Origin: Podospora anserina
Taxonomy: Eukaryota
Reading direction: 5' to 3'
NCBI GenBank assembly: GCA_017654855.1
Contig: CM030333.1
Span: 2,170,001 to 2,234,000 of the forward strand
DNA: 64,000 nt
The translations under genes were made by a program, and so were the position numbers. Positions 50,341 to 62,017 of the stretch are shown one piece after another (the stretch's first letter is position 1; each line of letters starts with the position of its first letter). The notes beneath the pieces are model-generated. The model ran no database searches. It saw only the letters and a program-made list of their open reading frames with translations, and was not told the DNA's origin.

Positions 50341-52409
50341 ATGGGTGTCTGTAATTCTACTTGTTGTGGAGGTACGTCTTTTCCGTGTCCGGTATCCGAT
50401 AGGGCCGTTGCGCTGATGCTAGATTCCGCAGGCAAATCCCGCGATGGGCTATACGAAAATGTCCTCGCCGACAACGAAAGGGAGGCCGTAGCCGACCTTC
50501 TTCAATACCTTGAAAACGTACGCTGCCACGGTTATTGGCCGTCTACCCGTTGCTGACATGCTGATAGCGTGGAGAGACCGATTTCTTCTCCGGTGAACCT
50601 CTTCGAGCTCTGAGCACTCTCGTCTTCTCAGACAACATCGACCTGCAACGAAGCGCAAGTTTGACATTCGCCGAGATCACAGAACGAGGTGCGTGGGCAA
50701 TGACCCGCATGTGCGGCCTACTTTCCGCCATGCTGTCCAAGCACGGGCGAGACCAGGCCGTCGCCGTGTGCAAATCGCTAACATGTGATCTTCTACAGAC
50801 GTACGAGCCGTCGACCGCGACACCCTCGGGCCTATTCTCTTCCTTCTGGAGAACTCGGACATCGAGGTACAACGAGCGGCTAGTGCCGCGCTGGGAAATC
50901 TTGCCGTCAACAGTAAGGACACCGCCGGCAACCTTTCGCGGAGCAACGCCATCGGATGCTAACACAAACGTACAGCGGATAACAAGGTTCTGATTGTTCA
51001 GCTTGGTGGTCTCCAACCCCTTATCCGGCAAATGATGTCGCCAAACGTCGAGGTTCAGTGCAACGCCGTCGGGTGTATCACCAATTTGGCTACCCATGAG
51101 GATAACAAGGCCAAGATCGCACGGTCTGGTGCCCTTGGTCCATTGACACGCCTCGCCAAATCGAAGGATATGAGGGTACAGAGGAATGCCACCGGGGCTT
51201 TGCTCAATATGACACATTCCGGTATGTTGGTTGTCACGACTTCTGTGCTCGGCAAATCGCGGCTAACAAGTTTTGTAGACGAAAACCGGCAACAACTAGT
51301 GAATGCTGGTGCCATCCCCGTCCTCGTCCAGCTTCTTTCCTCGGCCGACGTGGACGTCCAATATTATTGCACGACAGCCTTGAGCAATATTGCTGTCGAT
51401 GCTGCCAACAGGCGGAAGTTGGCGCAGTCCGAGACCAGGCTTGTGCAGTCCTTGGTGCACTTGATGGATTCATCATCGCCAAAGGTACAATGCCAAGCCG
51501 CCCTGGCACTTCGAAATCTCGCCTCAGACGAAAAGTACCAGCTCGAAATCGTCCGCACCAACGGTCTTGGGGCTCTCCTCCGTCTACTTCAATCTTCTTA
51601 CCTGCCTTTAATCTTGTCCGCAGTCGCATGCATACGCAATATCTCCATCCATCCTTCAAACGAGTCGCCAATTATCGAAGCCGGATTTCTCAAGCCACTG
51701 GTTGACCTCCTCGGTTCTACTGATAACGAGGAGATCCAGTGCCATGCGATCTCAACGCTTCGAAATCTTGCCGCAAGCTCTGACCGTAACAAGTCGCTCG
51801 TGCTCGAGGCGGGCGCCGTACAGAAGTGCAAGCAGCTTGTACTCGAGGTTCCTGTAACGGTTCAATCCGAGATGACGGCTGCTATTGCTGTTCTCGCCCT
51901 GAGTGACGAGCTCAAGACACATCTACTGGAGCTTGGCGTCTTTGAGGTTTTGATTCCACTCACGAAGTCACCCAGCATTGAGGTCCAAGGAAACAGTGCT
52001 GCCGCCCTGGGCAACCTGTCATCCAAAGGTCAGTGGTGTTTTTTACAGTGTATTGTGTGTGTGCTAACCATTTCTAGTGGGCGATTATTCGATATTCATC
52101 CAGAGCTGGACAGATCCTTGCGACGGCATTCACGGCTACCTCAGCAGGTTTCTCGCCAGCGGAGATGCCACCTTTCAGCACATCGCGATCTGGACGCTGC
52201 TTCAGCTTGTTGAATCCGAGGATAAGAAGCTTATTGGGCTCATTGGCAAGTCCACGGATATCATGGAAATGATGAAGCAGATTGCCAACCGACAGGTCGA
52301 GTCGGACAACGAGCTCGAAGACGACGATGAAGGCGAGGTTGTCAGTCTCGCTCAGCGCTGCTTGGAGTTGTTGGGTCAGGGTGCGTCGAAGAGTCATATT
52401 GAGGGTTGA
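50341..52409 (+). CDS. vac8: Vacuolar armadillo-repeat protein VAC8; exons 50341-50371, 50432-50517, 50568-50688, 50799-50912, 50976-51221, 51279-52028, 52078-52409
   Basis: N-terminal acylation motif [39 protein letters not shown], and ARM repeats ([33 protein letters not shown]). Six canonical introns. Confidence 0.95.
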
Positions 52410-53181
52410 GACCGGCACGGCTCTTCAATAGGAGGTTGAGCTTTTGTTCTGCGCTTGTTGGCATTGTTTTATTGGTTCATTCTGGCTTAAAATATTCATT
52501 CGGCATAGTACTCGGCGTGGAGTTGGCGGCGTCTGTATGAATTACCATGCACGGAACGGGAAGGAAGGAAGTATGGAGGAAAGGGGGGGGTTTCGGAAGA
52601 CCTTGTATCTTGAACCTGAACCGGTCGAGCATATGGAAGGGGTCGTGGCGGTGGTCGGGTTATGGAACAGGACAAAAAGAAGGGAAGCCAGGACATGGAG
52701 CACTTACTACATGTTTTTTTCTCCTCTTTTTCAAAAGACCCGCCGGGGCTTCTTTTGGGACCTCTTTTTTTCCTTTGTACTACTACACATTACCACTATG
52801 GCACACAGAGAGAGAAAGAGTTTTTGTGTTTTTTTTCTTCGGGCTTTGACAGTGTTTTTGGCCTCTTTGGGGCGTCTTTTTCACTATGTTTTATACACGG
52901 GTTATGATGGTTGTTGTTGGGTGGGGGAAGAAGGGGGGTGGGGGGGCGGTGATTGTTTGTTGCTATTTATTTTTGATCCATACCACCTTTTATTATTGTG
53001 AATTCCAACTTCTATTCCGGCAGCATTAATACTATGCCTTGATTGTTGTTTTGACCTCTGTTCATTGTGGGATTGATGACATGAATATTGCAGAGACAAT
53101 AAGTAGGTTCTTGGCAGATAGTTCATGTAAACAGGAGAGAAGGTGAGTAGTATTTTTTTTTTAAAAGCAAAAATACATTCA

Positions 53182-54139
53182 TCATTCCAAGTCCCTCGCC
53201 GCCAAAACCTCCTCTCTAGTAGGCGGCTCAGTCTTTTTCATTGGGTTCCTGACCCACTCGAAATTGGCAAAAGGGCCTCTTGTGAAGGAGGGTTCCATTG
53301 AGGCGATGACCTTGCCTCTTATGAGGCCTAGGGGGACGGGGCCGAAGATGCGGGAGTCGTTTGAGGCTGGGAGGTTGTCGCCTACTAGGTAGACGTGGCC
53401 TTCTGGGACCTGTTGTTTGTGTTGGTAAGTTATACTCGACTAGAATGATGTCGATATTGTGATTGAGAGGGCAGGTTTGTGGTATGTGTGACGGGGAAAA
53501 ATAAGAAAAAAGGGGGTGGGGGGGGCGGTTGGAGTTGAAGGGATTGGGGCTTACTTGTAACATGAGAGCGTCGTCTGCTGCTGGGCCGGGGGTGCCGATG
53601 AGGACGTAGTCGCCTGGGAGGCCGATGACGCGCTTTACGCCGATGGCGGATGGGCGGTCGGGGAGGGTGAAGGTTACTATGTCGCCTATGGAGAGGTTGC
53701 GGCCGAGGCGGGAGAGGCGGGAGGTGAGGTGCCAGGTTCCTGTGATGGGGTAGGTGGCTAGCATTGAGGGGCCTTGGGCTGGGGCGAGGGAGAGGAGGTT
53801 GTTCCAGATTAGGTGGGCGAGGGCAAGGAGTTTGAGGTAGGAGAGGAGGAGGCGGAGGGGGTGGAGGGGGGGGAAGGGGGGGGTTGGTTCGTTTTGTGAT
53901 TGTTGGTTTTGGTCATGGTGATTGTTTTGCTGGCGGTGTTGATGTTGGGGTTGGGTATTTTCGGGACTTGTAGTGGTGGTGCTGTAAGACTGTTGGGGTG
54001 GTGAGAGGTTGGTCTGTGCTGGTGAGATGGGTGAGGGTCTGAATGGGTGTGGTTGTGTGAGTGAGAGCCGGGTGAGTGATCTGTGAGGTGAGAGGTTGTG
54101 TGGCCGGGTAATGGCTCGTAACCGGTAGAGACTCGACAT
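53182..54139 (-). CDS. imp1: Mitochondrial inner-membrane peptidase subunit (IMP1-like, peptidase S26); exons 54139-53555, 53409-53182
   Basis: Presequence-like N-terminus, catalytic GPSM and VKRVIGLPGD. After a GTAAGC..CAG intron: VPEGHVYLVGDNLPASNDSRIFGPVPLGLIRGKV. Confidence 0.85.
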
Positions 54140-54450
54140 TAGTTGTTGATCGTTTGAAACTCCTTCAATCGCTGAACTTTGACTGACAACAAGTGCGATA
54201 TCGTCCTCTTCTCACACCGGGGTTAGGGACCATAAGTGAAGCCGTCTAATTGGAAGTTGAGCATTCATGAACGAAGAGGTCATGCCAAGCCCCCCCAATG
54301 TTGCTAGCCGTGGTAGCTGCAGGTGAGAGCTCCAATGCAACTTCATGATTGGCTAATATTCTCCGATGGGAAACCAGTAACGGCGCAAATGTTGAACCTC
54401 ATCCTTGGGCTTTTCAACTTTTCCAACCTCAACCTTAAACAGCCGACAAA

Positions 54451-55338
54451 ATGAAGGGCTCACCGTGTGTTTTCAGCTCGGCCGCAGCCATCCGAAGCGT
54501 ATTCCTCAACAATGCAGCCCCCATCGCCGGCCCCGCGCACCTTCAGCGACTTTTATTGCCCTCATTAGCAACACCATCGCGGCAACGTTCCTTTTTCGGG
54601 CGAGCAGGCCCAGAAACCGAGAGATTCCCAGTTGGAACATTTCGAAGATCTCCCACCTTGGACAGAAGAGAGCCAAAAGTCACCGATGGCAGGATTCTAA
54701 ACTACAACATCAGAGGCAATATGGTCGTCATCCGCACCAAAGATGGCACCCTCAGCGAACCCCAAGACAAGATCGAAGTCTTGCGGAATCTAGACTTGAA
54801 CAAGAGCGCGCTCGAACAGATTGCAGAGCCGCATTCTGGCCGCCCGTTCCCTATTTGCAGGATTATTCTCCAAGGGGACGAGCAAAAGAAGGCGTATAAA
54901 CAGATGAAGGCGGAGAAGAAGAAGCTGCAGAATGGGGTCAAGATTGTCACAAAGGAGGTTGAGATGAACTGGGCGATGGCGCCGCATGACTTGGCCACGA
55001 AGATTAGGAGGCTGAAGGGGTTCTTGGAGAAGGGGTATAGGGTTGAGGTTACGATGATGCATCCCAAGAAGAAGAGCAAGAGGAAGGCGAATGATGAGGA
55101 GGCGAAGCAGGTTTTTGGTGAGGTGATTAAAGTGCTGGAGGAGGTGCCTGGGACGACAGAATACAAGTCGAGACAGGGGCAGGTTGGAAAGACGCAGTTG
55201 TTGTTTTTGCAGGGGAAGATTCCCAAGGCTCAACCTGCCGCTGCTGGGATGGAGAGCTCGCCAGAGACGGCTGATGAGAGTGCTGGGGAAGAAAAGGAGG
55301 CTGAAAGTCAGGAAAGGTCGGATACTGCTGGAAGCTAA
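54451..55338 (+). CDS. Mitochondrial translation initiation factor IF-3 (Aim23/mIF3-like)
   Basis: Intronless ORF with ATG context CAAAATG and a presequence-like N-terminus. IF3-C motif TKEVEMNWAMAPHDLATKIRRLKGFLEKGYRVEV. Confidence 0.8.
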   Translation: MKGSPCVFSSAAAIRSVFLNNAAPIAGPAHLQRLLLPSLATPSRQRSFFGRAGPETERFPVGTFRRSPTLDRREPKVTDGRILNYNIRGNMVVIRTKDGTLSEPQDKIEVLRNLDLNKSALEQIAEPHSGRPFPICRIILQGDEQKKAYKQMKAEKKKLQNGVKIVTKEVEMNWAMAPHDLATKIRRLKGFLEKGYRVEVTMMHPKKKSKRKANDEEAKQVFGEVIKVLEEVPGTTEYKSRQGQVGKTQLLFLQGKIPKAQPAAAGMESSPETADESAGEEKEAESQERSDTAGS

Positions 55339-55884
55339 TCATAGCGGTCGACAGTATGTATAATTTTGGCACAAATGTACAATAGTAGACATGTAAAAAC
55401 ATTTAATGAGGCCATGACCACTCACTTATGATCAAGACAAAGGCCGGATGCATTCAGGCACCATAAAGACGGGAGGGAACGGGCATTTAAGCTCTGAGCT
55501 AAGAGAGCAGGGGTTCTGGCTGTTGATTGGAGAGATAACCCGCAGAATGCGGGGCGCGGGGTGCTCTGCCAGGCTCATGTCAATCGCGCAGCCATTTTCC
55601 ATCGCCTGTGACTCAATCTCACAGGACACAAATTTGTGGTTGACGAAAGCTTAAGGGTGACTGCAATTTGCGCCCAAAACCCAGAGACACAAAAATCAAA
55701 GACAGATTCTATCCCCAAAGCCCAATTAAAATTCAGGTTTTTCTCATCTTCCGAAAAGAGAACTCACACGACGTCAGACCCGGCTTCTTCAACTTTTCTA
55801 CATCGCGGCGCAACCCGCCCCCACCATCGTCAAGTCCCCCGCTTGCATTCATTCACCAAACAACCAAAACCACCCACACGCAAA

Positions 55885-57308
55885 ATGGCCACCGAGAGTA
55901 ACGGGGCTCCAGCTGGGGCTCCGGCCCCTCAGGACGCAAAGACATCGTCTGCCTCAGCACCCGCCAAAACCCCGGCTGCTGCCCCCGCCGCGGCCGCCAA
56001 CCCAGAGAAGCTTACCCCAGCGCAACTAAAGGCCAAGGCGAAGGCTGAGAAGGCCGCCAGACGGGCAAAGGTCATTGAGACCAAGGCGGCGGTAGCGGCG
56101 GCGACTCCGGCAAAGGAGGCAGGGAAAGGCAAGGGCAAGCAGGACGGGCAACCACCACAGAGCAAGCAACACCGGGGCTCCATGAGCGGGCGGCGGCCGT
56201 CCATTGGGGGCCCTCTGATCGAGAAGGAGAAAGATGCTAGGAGCGGAATTCCCGAGTGCTTCAGCCATGTTCCCATGGCGAAGCGGGTGCAGTTGTCGCA
56301 GACGCACAAGGACGTGGACCCCGTTGTGTTGGTGGCGGGACAGCAGATGGCCGCTTTTGCTATCAAGGATAGTATCTCTCGTCTTGAGGCGACGTTGTTG
56401 GCGTTCAAGAAGGTTTGTCTTTTATGGATAATTTGCTGCTGGAGCCAGCTTGCTGACCGAGATGACAGGTGATTGAATCCTACGAGACTCCCAAGGGGAA
56501 CTCGTTATCTCGCCATCTTGTGCCGCATGTCCTCAACCCACAAATCGAGTATCTTACCGAGTGCAGACCGATGTGTTTTGCTATGGGCAATGCTATCAGA
56601 CTGCTCAAGACCAAGATCAACAGTTTTGATATCAACGACCCCGAGGACGAGACAAAGGAGGAGCTTTTGGAGTGGATCGACACCATGATCAACGAGCGCA
56701 TCAAGCTGGCCGAGTACTTGATCGCGAGGAATGCTGCCCGGTTGATTGAGGAGGGGGAGAAGGTTCTTACATATGGCCGGCACAGGCTGGTCGAGAAGAC
56801 GCTGTTGAAGGCCAAGGAGATTGGGAAAACGTTTGATGTTACCATCATTGACGACCCGTATGAGCGTGGAGGCCAGACGTTGGCCAAGACTCTTCGTCAG
56901 GCGGGGATCAACGTGCTCTACTCGCCAAATCTGGGCGGGTTACGGCCAAAGGTTGCGGGAGCTACGAACGTCATTCTCGGCGGAGAGGCCATCTTTGCTA
57001 ACGGGTCGCTTAATGCTGCCTCTGGCACAGCGGATGTTGCTATGGCGGGTCAGAATGCCGGTGCCAAGGTTACGGTGCTCTGCGAGACGATCAACTTTGA
57101 CAGAGAGCGTGTGTCGGTGGACGCGCTCACTTACAATGAGATCGATCCCGAAAGGAATACCGCCGAGTGTTTCCGGCTGCTATACGACAACACCCAAGAT
57201 AAGTATATCAGCGGTGTTGTAACAGAGTTTGAGAGCGGGGGTGGTAATTCTCCAGCCCAGGCTATCCTGGCGCTCTTGCGGATGCGGGAAGATCCCCAGA
57301 TTGCTTAG
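55885..57308 (+). CDS. gcd2: Translation initiation factor eIF2B delta subunit (GCD2); exons 55885-56412, 56469-57308
   Basis: Ala/Lys-rich N-terminus (AKAEKAARRA), YETPKGNSLSRHL..LNPQIEYLTECRPMCFAMGNAIRLLK, VLTYG and IFANG..SGTADVAM (IF-2B family). Intron GTTTGT..GCTGAC..CAG. Confidence 0.88.
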
Positions 57309-57645
57309 TTGGCACTACCTGGAGGGCAAACTGGAGGGCAGGCGCAAGGGAATCCGGCGGCGTACGAAAAGCATTGACGATAGTGTAGCCTGGTGCATTT
57401 GTTCGAGGGTTTGAATGCTGTAGCTTGGGAATAGATGGAAACCACTCATGCGTGGAAGAGTGAATGATATCCAGAGTGGGAACAGAACCAATTTATACGC
57501 TGAGCTCACCTCCTAGCTCCCAATCCGTGGCCGCCTCGTTTGTGAACCATTCAAGGTGAAAATGTACTTGTTTTGTTCGCCGTTCCTGCCTCTATCATAC
57601 TGCCTGTCTGTTCAAACTCCCATCACCCCCTCCTATCCTTCCTTT

Positions 57646-57997
57646 TTAAGCCTGGATAACCGAAGGGCTGGCAGCAGCAGCCGCAGCCTCCCTCTCTGCC
57701 CTCCTCGCTCTCTTCTCCAGAATGGCGTTCTTGCGCTCTTCCAGGAGCTGTGTCTGTCTCTGATCCACACCCTCCAGCCAGTATCCAAAGCTCGCACCGA
57801 CGGCGCCGAAGACGGGGTAGGCCCAGAGGGTCTTTCTGTGGAAAAATGGGCGCATCTCGATGCCGAGCTGCCAGAAGCGCGTCGCCAGGCCTGGAGGGGA
57901 AATCTCATGTTAGTTTGTTGTTGCGTATAGCTGAGAAATTGGGAGCTTGGGATCGGGCCATACCGAAGCCGGTCCAGAAGACGAGTCTAGAGACCAT
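57646..57997 (-). CDS. Small accessory subunit of respiratory complex I (NDUFC2/B14.5b-like); exons 57997-57964, 57890-57646
   Basis: Spliced peptide MVSRLVFWTGFGLATRFWQLGIEMRPFFHRKTLWAYPVFGAVGASFGYWLEGVDQRQTQLLEERK, with two short hydrophobic helices. Intron GTATGG..ACTAAC..CAG. Family call is from recall. Confidence 0.75.
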
Positions 57998-58687
57998 TTT
58001 TGGTTGATTTGTGTCGGAGTAATGGTGGGTGAGGAGGTGTGTGAAGGTGAGTGGCTCCCGGCCCGCGACGCTGGTATTCTTGGAGGAGGATGGGATGTGT
58101 TGCTGGGTAGCTTGCCCTCAAACCCTGAAGCTTTTCCAATTGACTCTGGCTGCTGCTGCGCACACCCACTGCGGGATCACGACTGACGTTGCTTGCTGCT
58201 TGCCAGGTGCCAGCTCGGTCCCACCTGGCAAGCAACTGCAAGGCTGGAAGTGGCTCGTGCTCTCATGGCTTGTGGAATCCCTGTCGTTGCATTCTTTCCC
58301 TTGCATTCAACCCCTGCCAACGCCAAGATATCAGGCGCCCCCCCACTAGAATCTTTCTGGCGTGTGTTGAAGGTTCCCCCGTCACTCGCAGCAATTGGAC
58401 GCGACTGGATTTCTTGAACGTCCCAATCGTTGCATTTGTCAAAAGTTTGTTTGTTGTACAACTAACTGCCTTGTGCTATTGCGTCTTTTTTACTTGTTCA
58501 TTTGTTCCAGCCAACTCTCGAAAAGCGACTTCTTTTTTCCACCCGACTTTGGAAATGCCCTGAGCAAAAATCTCGGTGCCCATTCAACCGACTGGGTGAA
58601 CGGTGTCCCCTTCCTTCCTCTCTGTGCTGCGACAACGAAACAGAAAGCGAGCGCGCGTTAAACGATAATCAAACCTACATCGCAATC

Positions 58688-61389
58688 ATGGCGACCGCAT
58701 CAATGGCCGATGCGCCAGCTCCCACCCCCCCTCCAGCGCCCGCGCCGCCAGTCGTGAGGAAGTTCAAAGCCTCCGATCTCCCCTTGTCACAAGTCAAGCG
58801 AGCCACCATCGACAGCCTAGCCCACAGCTTCAAGAAGAAGGGCGGTTATGATGCCGTGCGCAAGGAAGTATGGCAAGAATTCGAAGTACGTACTATCCCT
58901 CACAACCTCTCCCACCACCCCTGGGGTGCTCTCCGACTAACCCAGCCTCACAGGGTCAAGAAGCCGAGATCACCAAAGAAATACTTGAAGTCGCTGAACG
59001 AGAAATCGAAAAGAACCCCGCCCAGCTACTAACCCTCGAGCGAACCAAAGCCGCCGCTCTTATCGATGGCGCGCTCGATCGATCGGGCGTTTATCAGAGA
59101 GCCGAGGAGATGATCAGCAAGCTGATCAACCGGGGCGCTATTGAAACCCAACTTCGCGAGCTCCGTCGTGCTGAGATAGGAGATGAGGAGGCGGAGAAGG
59201 AACGGCTCTTGGGCGCAAAGACTGACGAGGAGTATGCCGCCGAGACAGCCGCGCGCCGTGCGCATAATGAGCGTGTCCGGATGGAGCTTCAGGCGATAGA
59301 GGAGAACAAGAGGAAGTTGGAGAGGGCGATCAAGGAGAAGGAGGATGCCAAGCGGAGAGAGGAGGAGAGGGCTGCCAGGGAGGCGAGGAGGAAGAAGGAG
59401 AAGGAGGAGGATGAGCGGAGGGAAAAGGAGAGGAGGGAAAGGAGGGAGCAGCGGGAGAGGGAGAGGGAGGAGGAGAGGGAACAGAGACGGAAAGAGCGCG
59501 AGAGGGAAAGAGAAAGAGAAAGAGAAAGAGAGGAAAGGGATAAGGACCGGGGACGTGATGACAGTCGGGATAGGGACCGACGACGGGATCGGATCCAGGT
59601 TGGATATGACAGCTATCGAGGGTCGGGTGATCGGTCCAACCGGGACCGTGACAGGAGTCGGAACCGTGATCGATCCCGTGACAGGGGGAGGGATAGGGAC
59701 CGAGACAGAGATCGTGATCGAGACCGGTCTAGGAAGCATTCTGCTGAGAGGAAAACCGAAGAGGTCAAGAAGCCGCTTACGAAGGAGGAGCAAGAGCGCC
59801 TGGAGCAGGAGGCTCTTGCGGATCTTCTCAGGGAAAGCAAGCGTGTTGCGCCGAAGCAGCCCGAGTTGGAGATCGACCCTGTACTGGTCCCACCGCCTAG
59901 AAAGTCAAAGCCGGTTTCGGCCATCGATCCCATTCGGAGAGATTCGCCAAAGGTTGCCGCCGAGGTTAAAAAGCCAGAAGAGCCGGTTGTGAAGGAAGCG
60001 GTGGAGACCAAGGCGGCGCCTGCCGTCAAGGAGTCAACAGATGCTAAACCTGCCGAGCCGAGAGCCGAAAAGGAGCGTCGGAGGAGTAGGAGTCCTTCGA
60101 GGCCCGCTCGTAGGGAACGAAGCAGGGAGCGGGACGATGACCGTCGACGACCTCGGACCCGGTCACCGCGACCAAGGCATGACGACCGTAGTCGTTCCAG
60201 GAGAAGGAGTCGGTCTAGAGTGCGAGATAGGAGAGATGACAGGAGGGACAGAAGTCGTTCACGCAGAAGGGATGAGAGGAGGGATGATCGCCGTGACGAC
60301 CGGCGTGATGACAGGAGAGACGACCGAAAGGTCGAGGAGACCCCCACCAAGCGAAAGGACGAGGCGGCCATTCCAAAAGAAACACCGGCCAAATCAGAAG
60401 CCCGCGAGCGCAGCCGCTCCCGGCCTCGGACAGCCAGAACAGACGACAGGCGGGACCGCAGCCGTTCCCGCCACCGAGATCGCGACAGAACCCGCTCTCC
60501 CCGCTCTAGACCCGACCGCCGCGATCGTTCTCGCTCTCGCTTACGTTTCAACCGTCGTGACAGAACCCGTTCCCGTTCTCGTGATCGCCGGGATAGAGAC
60601 CGCGACAGAGACAGAGATAGACGAGACAGATCGCGCTCTCGCAACCGCAGCCGAGAGCGTGAAAAGAAGGATACTGCCACCGATAAAGACGAAAAAGACG
60701 GCAGCAAACTCCACCTCCGAGACCGGTCCCGCTCCCCGGCTTCCATGGTCGCCCGCCCGCCCTCCCGCCTCAACCAGACGGAAAAGGAGGCTTGGAAACA
60801 AGCCGAGGTCAAGAAGAGGGAGCAAGAAGCTAAGGCCTATCTTGCGGCGCAGAAGGAGGCGAGGGAGAAGGGGCTGGAGGAGGGGAGGAGGACGGGGGAG
60901 AGGAGTCCGGAGGTTGTGAAGAGGCGGGTGGAGAATAGCGATCGGTATCAACCCGGGGAGAGGGATCGGGATAGGGATCGGGATAGGGATAGAGACAGAG
61001 ACAGGAAGGACAGAGATAGAGAGAGGGACAGGATGGATTACAGGGGGGGGGATAGGTATGATGGTGATCGGGACAGGCCGAGGGATAGGGATCGTGACCG
61101 TGACCGTGACAGGAGAAGAGATGATAGCAGGGGTGACAGGAGGAGGAGCAGGTCGCGGAATCGGAGCCGGGAGAGAGACCGGGACAGGGACAGAAGCAGG
61201 AACCGCGACAGAGACAGGGACAGAGATCGGGATTTCAGACGGGATAGGGATAGGAGCAGAGACAGAAGTCGGGACAGAGACCGTGATCGCAGCCGACATC
61301 GCGAGAGGAGTCGTGATCGGGATAGGGATAGGGACAGGAGCCGGACCCGCAGGGATCGTGACAGGCGACGGAGCAGAAGCCGGGGTTAA
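58688..61389 (+). CDS. BOD1/Shg1-like (COMPASS-associated) N-terminal domain protein with long RD/RE/RS low-complexity tail; exons 58688-58885, 58954-61389
   Basis: RKFKASDLPLSQVKRATIDSLAHSFKKKGGYDAVRKEVW..EVAEREIEKNP.QLLTLERTKAAALIDGALDRSGVY resembles the Shg1/BOD1 domain. Intron GTACGT..ACTAAC..CAG joins the ORFs in phase 0. Confidence 0.72.
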
Positions 61390-61904
61390 AGTCTGCCGGC
61401 GAAGCCGCAAGAACTGGTGGTGGGAAAACTGGTTCAGAAAACGAATGCTCGCGGTGATGATCTTTGGGGGAGGCGAGGGATGAGTATAGGCCTGTTTATC
61501 TTTCTCTAGGCGGACGGACGGCGAATGGGAAGTGAGGGGGAGGGACTGGATAGAATACCGATATACCCTGTAGAGTAATAGATGTTTTGTATGTACTTGT
61601 ATTTCTGAGATGTGTGAAACTATGGACATAAATTGAAAGGAACCAAAATGATTCACAGCATCATATATGCCTTTGGCAATGGGATAGAATATGTACAATG
61701 AAATCGTGTCAACGCAGTAACGTGAAAAGAACAACGTAAACGCTGATTCTGAAATGTCAAGGCTTGATCCCTTATCCAGCTCCCTGGCTCTTGTACACAA
61801 AACAAAAAAACATAAACATAAAAACATAAACGCAAAAAAAGAAAAGAGCCCAGTTTACCCCAATTTTCATACATCATTACAGTATTCAAACCCCTCCCTA
61901 TTCA

Positions 61905-61969
<65 letters not shown>
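61905..61969. repeat. (AG)n microsatellite
   Basis: About 30 AG units just past the transporter stop codon. Confidence 0.95.
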
Positions 61970-61974
<5 letters not shown>

Positions 61975-62017
61975 ACCCAAAACCGAAAACAACCACCCCA
62001 TTAATCTAATAAATCAC

